DNA from: the human T2T-CHM13v2.0 reference genome, Homo sapiens
Reading direction: 5' to 3' (one strand)
Assembly (NCBI RefSeq): GCF_009914755.1
Contig: NC_060928.1
Length of the DNA: 64,000 bases
This document shows, one piece after another, positions 1 to 11,893 of the stretch (the stretch's first letter is position 1; each line of letters begins with the position of its first letter). Below the pieces are notes generated by a model. It was not told the origin of the DNA. It saw only the letters and a program-made list of their open reading frames with translations, and did no database searches. Both the position numbers and the translations under genes were made by a program.

Positions 1-60
1 GCCACTGCACTCCAGCCTGGGCAACAGTGCAAGACCCTGCCTCTTAAAAAAAAGAAAAAA
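1..60 (+). mobile_element. Alu 3' end, cut by the window edge
   Basis: gccactgcactccagcctgggcaacag... followed by an A-rich tail. Confidence 0.9.
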
Positions 61-146
61 GGTAAAGTGAAACTTAAAAAAAAAAAAAAACGCACACACA
101 GGCGTTCACATGTGCATATAGTTTTGTTTTCGAGAGTTGGGGTCTT

Positions 147-748
<602 letters not shown>

Positions 749-1188
749 TTATATGTTTTTATGTTTGGGACTTTTAGGCTGTTGATGTTATTTATACCCA
801 TTTAATAACTGAGTGAACCAAAGCTCAGAGAGATTAAATACCTTATCTGAGATTACAGAGTAGGAGATTCAAGTAGGGCTTCAAAGCCTAGACTTAGTCC
901 TCTTTGCTTCACTGCCTCTCAGGTAAAGGAATGTGAAGACTGTGTCACATTCCAGATACATTTGGTAATCTGGCTGAAATGTTCTAAAGATTTAATTTGT
1001 GTTTACTTCATTTTGGTTTGAAAAGCCACTATAATTCATACGTGTAACTAAAATAGTTAAACATTTAAAATGTGTGCCATTTAAAAAATATTGTTATTAA
1101 AGAAAAATATTCATACGATACTAATGTGTTATTTTAACTAATAATTGAAATGTCAGTTTTTAGTAAACATTATTGCCCTAGAAGTAGT

Positions 1189-1488
1189 CTTTTTTTTTTT
1201 TTTTTTGGTAAGACATGGTTTTTCTGTCACCCAGGTTGGAGTGCAGTGGCGCAATCACGGCTCACTGCAGTCTTGATCTCCTGGGCTCAAGTGATCTTCC
1301 GACCTCAGGCTCCTGAGAAACTGGGACCACAGGTGTGTGCCATCACGCCCAGCTAATTTTGTATTTTTTATAGAGATGGGGTTTCACCATGTCCCCCAGG
1401 CTTGTCTTAAACTCCTGAGCTCAAGCAGTCACCCACCTCATCCTCCCAAAGTGCTGGGATTACAGGCATGAACCACTGTGCCTGGCCC
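1189..1488 (-). mobile_element. AluJ
   Basis: Poly-T followed by a reverse-complement Alu dimer ending cctggcc. Confidence 0.92.
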
Positions 1489-1724
1489 AAACAGTCATGA
1501 TTAGTGGACTTGCTCTTTTAACAGTGAATTGCTGGCTTTAAAAAGCAAAAAAAAAAAAAAAAAAAAAAAAACCCCAAATCTAATTCATCATTTAGTTCCT
1601 TTTAAATTAGGCTGCATTTAAGGAACTGCAATTCAAATATTAAATTTCTGGGTTAATTTTTAGAAAGCATAACTTATTTGATCTTTTTAAGCACATTTGT
1701 GTTTTTGTAGTAGTTGAGTTCATT

Positions 1725-1890
1725 ATGGACTCTGGAGACAGGCAGACTGCCTGCATTTGAATCCTGGCTCTGCCTTTCACTGGCTGTGTGATTTCAGGCA
1801 AGTTACTTAATCTTTCTGTGCCTCAGTTTCCTTATCTGTACAGTAGGGGTTATAGAAGGACCTTAAGTCAAAGGCTTATTATGAGCATCC
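1725..1890 (+). mobile_element. MIR SINE
   Basis: MIR core: ttgaatcctggctctgcc...ggcaagttacttaatctttctgtgcctcagtttccttatctgta. Confidence 0.85.
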
Positions 1891-2725
1891 AGCGATACCT
1901 GCTCAACATGTGTTAGTGTGATGACCTTAAGTTGTGAAAACTGTATTTGGGTTATGTGCCATTTCTGAAGGCCATGATCCCCAGGGAATATCTCGTGATG
2001 ACCCTCAAGCCCTTGTCCTGAATGAGGAGGAAAAGGTCAGGCACAACCTTGTGATTTCCCCGGTGTTGGACTTCTGTGTTCACCAGCAGGATCTCCATTT
2101 CTATAACCAAATGGCTACATCTTGCATAGAGACTCTACCACTGTGTCTGAAGGTATGGCAACATTTCACAAATTTGGATTTATCTCATTATAAATTTTAA
2201 TAATTTAACCGGATTAAGATGAAGCTCACTCTTCTGTCTATGGTGGCATTATTTGCTAACCTTCACCCTCTTGCAGCCATCCCCCACATTCCCCTATCTG
2301 CAGTTGTGGCGCCTAGGAGGATAGTAGATATGCCGTATAGCCAATGACAGTATGCTGCAAGCACAATGCCCACCTGTGGGTTGGGCTCAGAACCACTCTA
2401 CTGCCTAACCTGGACTCTGGCCCCTCTCTCAGACCGCAGATAACAATCCTTCAGTGCTGGTTTTGCTTTCATGCTTCTTTAAGCACTAAATTCCTTTGAC
2501 ACCGCCTTGCTCTCGCAGCTGCTCTGTCCCATTGTATTATAGAATAAGCACATGCTAGCGTACCTGCAAAGCAGGAGCAATAAAAACAATGAGAGGAAGG
2601 AGGGACATTTTGGGCACAAGTTAGATAATTGACATTCAAACATGAAGGAAGAAATTAGAAAAGTTAGAACTTGGGCTGTCATACTGCTTATTTATTTGCA
2701 GCAAGTTCTAATGACTTCATCTTCT

Positions 2726-2729
<4 letters not shown>

Positions 2730-2763
<34 letters not shown>
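2730..2763. repeat. (GA)n microsatellite
   Basis: Uninterrupted run of about 16-17 GA units. Confidence 0.95.
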
Positions 2764-2766
<3 letters not shown>

Positions 2767-3552
2767 GTTAGTTGACGTGGTGAGGACAGGCTTCCTGCAG
2801 TCAGCTGGCTCCACATTTGGCTTTGAGGATCGGCAGGCAAAGTGCTAGGGGTCAGCGGAGACATAGTGGCCAGTTTTGGCAGAAGGGAGATGAGAGAAGT
2901 AGTTTGGAAAAGAAGCTGAAGACTAAATGATAGGAGGCCTTGGATATTGAGAGTAAGAAACTTGAACCTGATTCTTTATGTTATAAATATCTTTTGAAGG
3001 GTTTTGCTAAAGGAGTGTGACGTGGAAGGGGTATTTTAGAATGAAGAATCTGGAAGAGTGTTGCTGGAGAGGTTGAAAGGTAGAGTGACTGGAGGGAGGA
3101 GACGAATTTGGACAATACTATAATGGTATAGGGGTGAAAAAGGTGTCTGTGTAGAGTGCTGGTATTGGAATGAGATTATGTTAAGAGTCACTCCATTATT
3201 CTCCCTGTTAGCAGTTGGTTGGACTACATGTACTTTAAAGTCATAAGATGTACTTTAAGAAAATGTCGTATACAGTAATGCTGACTTTTCACTCAGTCCT
3301 TTTCTGTACGTGAGTGCCTTATGCTAACAGAGAATCTACTCAGAGTCATTGAGCCAAGACACCCCTTAAGAAGAAATAGTAGTACCTTTTTCCGGTTCTG
3401 TCTGTCAAGGTTGGTGGTTTAAATCAGGATTTTTCAGTCTGTTTTACAGAGCCTGATTACTTCACAAGTTTATAATATTTTTCAAGTTTTCTGAATTGAG
3501 ATTTTAAGATGATGTGATGATGTCACTTGTGATTTGCCAATTCCGTTGTGTT

Positions 3553-4168
3553 GTTTTTTTCTTTCTTTCCTTTTTTTTTCTTTTTTGAGACGGAATCTTG
3601 CTCTGCCGCCCAGATTGGAGTACAGTGGCGTGATCTCGGCCCATTGCAACCTCCACATCCCAGGTTCAAGCTATTCTCCTGCCTCAGCCTCTTGAGTAGC
3701 TCGGATTACAGGTGCCGCTACCACACCTGGCTAATTTTTGTATTTTTAGTAGAGATGGGGTTTTGCCATGTTGGCCAGGTTGGTCTCGAACTCTTGACCT
3801 CTGGTGATCCGCCTACCTCAGCCTCCTAAAGTGTTGGGATTACAGGCGTGAGCCACCATGCCTGGCCCTTTGTTCTTTTTTTTTTTTTTTTGAGACGGAG
3901 TCCCACTCTGTTGCTCAGGCTGTAGTGCAGTGGCACAATCTCGACTGCAGCCTCCACTTCCTGGGTTCAAGTGATTCTCCTGCCTCAGCCTCCCAAGTAG
4001 CTGGGATTACAGGCATATGCCACCATGCCTGGCTAGTTTTTGTATTTTTAGTAGAAACGGGGTTTCACCATGTTGGCCAGACTGTTTTCGAACTCCTGAC
4101 CTTGGGGGATCCACCTGCCTTGGCCTCCCAAAGTGCTGGGATTACAGGTGTGAGCCACCACGCCCGGC
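3553..4168 (-). mobile_element. Two tandem AluS elements (about 3553-3867 and 3868-4168)
   Basis: Two consecutive reverse-complement dimers, each preceded by a T-rich tail. Confidence 0.93.
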
Positions 4169-4294
4169 ACCTTTGTTCTTCATTTATTCTCCCATCTACT
4201 CTGCAGTGACCTCACTGTTCTCAGTAAATGAATTAAGGACTTGATCAGAAAGTACACATTGGAAAGCTAAGTACAATTTATCTTTTGCTCTTTT

Positions 4295-5336
<1,042 letters not shown>

Positions 5337-5716
5337 CTGTGTCACTTAATTTTTTTTTTTTTCCACTGTCTTCTGAATTTCCCCTTTTCTTCTTTTCTCT
5401 TTACCATGCAGTTTTCAAAGAAGGTCTCCTTTTCTAACTACTTTGTTTTCCCCCAAACAGTTGCCTTTCCAAGGGACTGCCTCCTAGAGTCCCAAGGTGT
5501 ATTTTTAAGTTCCTTTTCTGTAGTATGCGATGATGCACCTTCCCCCCTTTCCTCCATCTCACCTTCGTATTTTCACATTTAGATGAACTTTGTCTTTTAG
5601 GGAGTGATTTTAGATCAATCTTAGGGCCACATCTAACACCCCCTTATTTCTTCCCTTCCATTTTTCTCTGTATACTCTTGTTCCTGTTAGGGCTTATAGC
5701 AGAAACTTGAGATATA

Positions 5717-6735
5717 CAGTCAGTTCTGTTACAATGCAGCGTATGCATTCTTGAAAATCATTGTGCTATGCAAAATTGCACAATAAAAACCACAGCGCTT
5801 GTGGAAAAAATGAGGTTTGGGGTATATATTAGTTTGTAGGGCTGCCATAACAAAGTAGCACTGACTGGGTGGCTTAGACAACAGAAATGTATCTTCTCAC
5901 AGTTCCAGAGGCTGAGTCTGAGACCAGGGTGTAGGCAGGGTTGGTTTCTTCTGAGACCTGTCTCCTGGGCTTGCAGATGCCGTCTTCTCCTTGTGTCTTC
6001 ACATGGTCTTTCCTGTCTGTGGGTCTGTGTCCTGATCTCCTTTTCTTACAAGAATGCCAGTCAGTCTAGATTAGGCCTACCTACATCATCTCATTTGACC
6101 TTAATTATGTCTTTAAGGGCCCTGTTTCCAAACACAGTCAAACCTCAGGTTATGGTGTTGAGGGTTAGGACTTGAGCACGAATTTTGGGGGACACAAGTC
6201 AGCTCATAACAAGTCACAGTGCTCAAAATGTCAATGACACATTACAAAAATACAGAAACTAGTAAAAACTGTAGCACCATTTTACCCCTGTTAAATCATT
6301 AGAAATACATAAACATTCCAGTAAACATGGCACTTTACCTCGGAAAAGATGGGAAGTTTGCTTGTGGGAGTGGGCATAGGAAGGAGACTGTAGCGTGTAA
6401 TTTATTTTGAAATGATGCAGGCAGGTTTATCTTATGTCAGATGGAAAGTTAGCACCAGATGAATGGGTGTGGCTTACAATGGCTGTGGTGAGCCAGGGTG
6501 GCTGGCAGATGCTCCAGGTGTGCTGTGTGCTTGTGCCTGTGTGTGTTTTGTATATTATTCCTGCCAGCTTGGTTCTGCTGGGTGCAGTTTTCTGCATTCA
6601 CCTAGTATCTCAGCAGATGAAAATACCCATAAAACGCAAAATTCTCATTATGTTAAAGTTGTTCTCTAATATATCAATCACATTTGAACACCAAATTTTG
6701 TGTTTTTAAAACAGATATTACAGCAGAACTGATAG
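5717..6735 (-). mobile_element. Non-autonomous Tigger (Tigger13a-like), interrupted by an MLT1 LTR
   Basis: TA-flanked at both ends. TIRs cagtcagttctgttacaat / attacagcagaactgatag. Confidence 0.75.
5825..6211 (-). mobile_element. MLT1A/B-like MaLR solo LTR
   Basis: tattagtttgtagggctgccataacaaag...ctgggtggcttagacaacagaaat...gggggacacaagtcagctcataaca. Confidence 0.85.
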
Positions 6736-6945
6736 TAGTTCACTAGAATTTGATGTTCACTTTTTTACTTACAGGTAATTTGAAATTACTCTAGTTTTCT
6801 GACTAGGCATGGATTTATGTAGTCCCACTTGTTCTTGCTTTTTAAAATTGTCTTTTTATATTTCTGGAGAAGGTGTTGGGAGGTTTGACTTTGCACAGCT
6901 GCCATTACTGCTGCTACTCAGATTCTTCTCTCAACAGTTCTTATC

Positions 6946-7245
6946 TATTTATTTATTTATTTGAGACAAGGTCTCACTCTGTCATCCAGGCCGGAGTACA
7001 GTGGCGAGATCTTGGCTCACTGCAGACTCGACTTCCCGAACTCAGGTGATACTCCCACCTCAGCCTCTGAGTAGCTGGGACTACAAGCATGCACCACAAC
7101 ACCTGTCTAATTTTTTGTATTTTCAGTAGAGACCAGTTTTTGTCATGTTGCCTAGGCTTGTCTTGAACTCCTAGGCTCAGGTGATCCATCTGCCTCAGCT
7201 TCCCAAAGTGCTGGGATTACAGGCATAAGCCACTGTACCTGCCTG
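6946..7245 (-). mobile_element. AluJ
   Basis: (TTTA)n tail followed by a reverse-complement dimer. Confidence 0.92.
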
Positions 7246-7500
7246 AACTTACCTTTTTTTTTTTTTTAAAAAAAAAAATTGTTTACAATACATTAATTTT
7301 GTGGAGTAATGTATTTCAAAGCAAAAATTTATAACTCCTTTTCCTCCTTCCATATGCCTTATTTGTATAATGAATTTGTCCATATTTGATCACAGTGTAG
7401 GGATCTGCTTTTCCCTAAAGTTTCATTATTTCAATAAGAATTGAAAATCTTTAGCTCAAATTGACCTAAACTAATTTTTGAGCAGGTATTGGAATGAAAT

Positions 7501-9986
7501 AAGGCATTTCTCACTTTGCCTGATTCTGATGTGCACATATGTCAGTTATGATGGTTTACTTAAATGACACCAGTCCCCCAGCAACTTGATTGAAATTTCA
7601 CCTTCCACAGTTTATTAACTGCGTAAAGTACAGATTTTGCTTTTGGCCCTTCAGTCCACAAATCCTGTATAAGTAACAAATGTGCATCATGATCAGTGAC
7701 AAATCTCATTTCTTTTTCAACTCTATCAGTAATTGTCACTGTTAATCTGTTATTCAGTTCATACACAGACAGCAAAGTATGTAGTTGTATTGCTTCTTTA
7801 TGTCACCCACTGATAAACTCACGTAACATTTTGTAAGAATGAATAGTTGAAAGACGAATTAGCCAACAAAGATAAAAGTGCAGCGAAGAAATGAAAAGTG
7901 ATAAATGCTCGAAGTGAAATTGGAAGTGATTAGAAGATCTGAAAATATTGATAGCAAAGCAAATGTGGGATGAGAGGTAGACCTGCATGAAGCAGTGGTA
8001 TGAACCATATTGAATCAGTCCTGTGAATATAAAAAACAAAATAAAATCAAGTCACTATGTTTTAGTTTAAATTTTACTAGGAACAGAAAGCTGCTTATGG
8101 CTAAAGTGGAGTATTACTTTCACTTTGGATTGAAGACCGTTTAAAAAAAATCCCAATCAGTTTGGTTAGCATTAAGGTAAAAGTATTGAAGTTAGTTGCC
8201 ACATTGAAAGAAAATGGTAATTACACTGAGATTGAGGAAGAAATTCTACCAGTAAAGACTAGCTTCATCATTCAGAAGTTGGCGTGAGTTGATTAATCTG
8301 TTAGGTGAAGCTGTAGCACAGAGAAGGATGCTGCTGGGAAATTTGCATCCAGATTCCAAGGATTATTTAAGGTGGGTGATGATAATGATCATCAAATATT
8401 TAATATTGATGAGATAAGTTGTAAGGCAACTCCATCAGGAACTTGTGCCACAGAAGATGTAAGATCGAGAAGTAGCTTTAAGGAGTTAAAGATAGAGCAA
8501 CTTATTAGGAGACAACACAAAAGGTAACTGTAAAATAAAATCTATGCTTCTCTGTCTGAGAATCCTAGAGCATTAAAAAAAAAAATCATGAAACAGGCAT
8601 CTCAGCCAGTCATTTGGCATGCAAATAAACGATCATGGGTTACAGTACCATTGCTCCAAGACTTGTTTCAGTTGTGTTTTTGTCCAGAGGTTGGCAAAAT
8701 AATTTTAACTTTTAGAGCACAACTACTACTGTTGGATAATGTTGCAAGTCACCCCAGTTCTCTTGAGTACTTAAAAGAAAATGTGAAAATCTGCTTTTTA
8801 CTACAAACAGAAACTTCATTAATCCAGCCAGTGAACCAAGGAGTTATTTGAGCTTTTAAGGCCTGTTATCTTAGATGGAGTTTCAGACAGGTTATTAATG
8901 CTACAAGTAGAGATTATGCATTTCTGTAGCTGAATTTTGGAAGAAATATGACATAAAGCATGCATTAGAAAACAAGCATCATAGCGGGAAGTAACAGTGA
9001 GTAATGTGTGTGCAGTATGGCAGAATGTTTACCACACTGTGCAAATAACCTTGCAGAATTCGAATTGAACATAGAGTTATAGAAGAAACACAGTCACACG
9101 CTGCATAAGGACATTTTGGTCAGGACGGACTGCATATATAACAGTGGTCCCATAATATTAAAATACCATATTTTTACATACCTTTTCTATGTTTAGCTAC
9201 ACAAATACTTACCATTGCGTTACAGTTGCCTACGGTATTCTGTACAGTATCATGCTGTACATGTTTGCAGCCTAGGAGCGAAAGGCCTTTCCATATGGCC
9301 TAGGTGTGTAGTAGGCTACACCTCCAGGTTTGTGTGAGTGCAGTCTATGAGGTCCGCACAATGAAATCACCTAACCACACATTTCTCAGAATATATCTCT
9401 GTTACTAAGCAACATATAACTGTAGTTGACTTTGTGAATGTTCCACCATTTGAGAGACTTCAGATATGTACTCATAGGAACGTAGTGAGGGCAGATTTTT
9501 CAGCATAAATGAGGAAGGATGGAGATGTCTCAGGGGAAGTGATGCTACCAAATGTCTTTACTTTAAAAGAGATAATACATGACATTGAAAGTACAAAGGA
9601 AAAATTGTTGATAGTGAATCCAAACTTAGGAAGGAGTATTGCGACTTGTTAAGATACAGAAAAGATACTTGCTCTGTATTGTAAGTTATACAACAAAGAA
9701 GGCAAACCCTGTTCAAACTACCCCTGATTAGTTTTTTTTACAAAGAAACAAACCCTAATTCTCAGTGTTTCTAATGTTTCAAATTGCAGTATACTAAATA
9801 CTATTTTTACTATATTTTTCATTTGCCTATACACTTATAGAGAATTTTAAACGTTTTGATAAAAATTCTCAAAGGTCATGGAATAATTATACTCTGTTCT
9901 CATAATTATTAAAATTACTTTGCATATTTCAGCTTGCAAGGTAATTTTTATGGTGCAGCACTACCATGCAAAGCAAGGACTGCCTT
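7501..9986 (+). mobile_element. Near full-length pogo/Tigger DNA transposon fossil (Tigger6-like) with decayed transposase
   Basis: TIRs aaggcatttctcactttgc / gcaaagcaaggactgcctt (15/19 match). Broken reading frame with an N-terminal HTH-like segment (EVKLEVIRR, about 7910-7936), WIED (about 8126), QIFNIDE (8393-8413), LLLLDNVASHP and TSLIQPVNQGVI (ORF 8588-8851), the DDE_1/CENP-B-type catalytic motifs. Confidence 0.88.
9091..9422 (+). mobile_element. Tigger3a/MER7-like MITE nested in the Tigger6-like element
   Basis: Starts cagtcacacgctgcataaggac and ends gttactaagcaacatataactg+TA; about 330 bp. Confidence 0.85.
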
Positions 9987-11803
9987 TCCAAAAAATAAAC
10001 GTTCTTTGCCTCTTCCTGCCATCACTTTCCTTCAGCAAACATCACCATCGTTTTATTGTCTTTATTGAACTCTTCCTAGACTCTTAGTAGTATTCCCTTT
10101 ACTCTTTGGCACCTTGTCCTCCAGCTGCTCCTTGACTGACATTTCTTCATCTTCCCTCTTTTCTGATCTGCTGTCTTGACAGCTGGTTTTTTTGCAGGAA
10201 TTTTAGGTTGTCTGAGTCACGAGAAACTACCATTATAGTAGTTTCTTCAGCCATTCTTCTTACCCCATTCCTTCTTCCCACAGAGGCCCCTCCTCCCCTT
10301 CCAGCATCATCATTTCCCCCTTGTCTAGTTAATCTAGGTTAGTGGTTATTTGGTTATTCTAGAGCATGTCCTTAGGGTCTCATCCACAATCCCAAAGCCT
10401 TATCAAGGGCTTTGCCTTTTCTAATGTATTCATCTTTCTTTTGCGTTCCAAGAAGCGCCTTTATTTCCTGGTGTTCCATTTTTGTTTTTCTCTCTAGTGC
10501 CTTGGTGAGATGAGATGACTTCAAAGGAAGGAGCCCTTTTACATGAGTGCCTAGCAGTAAAAAGCTTTGAGATAAAACAGCGATTTCCATTAGGGACAAA
10601 AAGAGGGTAGAGCAAAGCTGTAAGACTTTCTTCAGTGAACCCATAAAGGGGAAAAACTGGAACTATTAAAAAGTGGTGACGGTAAAAGGAAAGCAGGCAG
10701 ACCTGTTCACGTGGCCACACAGAGATTAGAAAATAAGTGTCTTGGGAGATGTTTAGTACTTAAAGTGTGCCAAGGTGATGTTGACTGCCAGTAGCTCCTC
10801 ACACTTTCTGGTCCACACCCCACACTGCCAGCTCACCCCTGCCCTGGGCTGCCGGAGTAGCCATCCATCAGTGGAGTGCAGCTGGAAGCTGAGAAATCTG
10901 TTCTTTCATCACCAGAAGAGAAGCCCAGAGCCCATAGCCACAGGGGATAGTAAGAACAGAACAACAAATCAGTCCAGTAAAAAAACTGGTCACATGATAG
11001 GGAGGATGCAGATAACTTTATTTAGGTAAGCTGTGAGGTTGAGACTTCTGTGATCTGGTTTGGGGGCATGACAAAATGAATAACCTGAGTGCGAAACAGC
11101 TGACTACCAATGAGTGTTTGGGGCATAACCTCAGTGTAAATTAGGATATGTCTCTATTTCCTTTATTTTTCATTTTGGTTGTTTGACTTGACCTACGTTA
11201 CAGGTCATTGCTAAATTACTTTGGAAGTACCCTTTGTCTTGATTGTGTTACTGTATGTGGATGGTGCTCAAAATTATTAAATTTAATTCAGAAGTTTCAA
11301 TTTTGTGAAGAGATGGTGGGTATTTTCTAGGTCATAATACAAAAGTGATTTGTGATCTAGCTATTGGGTGCCTCAAATTGTATAACATAATTATAGTTAG
11401 AATTGAATCATCAAATAAGGTGGCAAGATTAATGGGAGTGGCTAGCTTTAATGTTCCAGGTTATATTAATTTTAGATAAAATGAAATTAGTATTCCTATG
11501 GACAATTGAGTCAAGTTCTTGAATTACTGTATTCAGTTGGGATTGACTCAATTTAACAAAATGGTACTATTAGAGTTTTTGAGGATAATGAGAAAATGGA
11601 ACTGAAATTAAAATTGTCTCTTGCACTTTGGACAAAATAATTTCTGTGAGCAGCAATTAAGAAGGTCCATATAAGAGATTCACCTTCTGCTCTAATTTCA
11701 TTTAGTAAGATTGCATGATCTTAAGCTCCGTGATATTTTACTTGGAAAATGTTATGACTTAACGTAGGTCAGTGTCCCCTGCATTATGTGATTTGGTGTG
11801 CGC

Positions 11804-11893
11804 ATATATATATATATATATTATATATACATATATATATTATATATATATTATATATATATTTTTATATATATTTTTAATATATATATTTTA
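11804..11893. repeat. Imperfect (TA)n AT-rich repeat
   Basis: About 90 nt almost entirely alternating A/T. Confidence 0.92.

Noticed and set aside
8588-8851. Transposase-like ORF as a live or domesticated TIGD/CENP-B-like gene
   Set aside because: An 87-aa fragment among stops and frameshifts, with the third catalytic Asp lost and a MITE inserted downstream.
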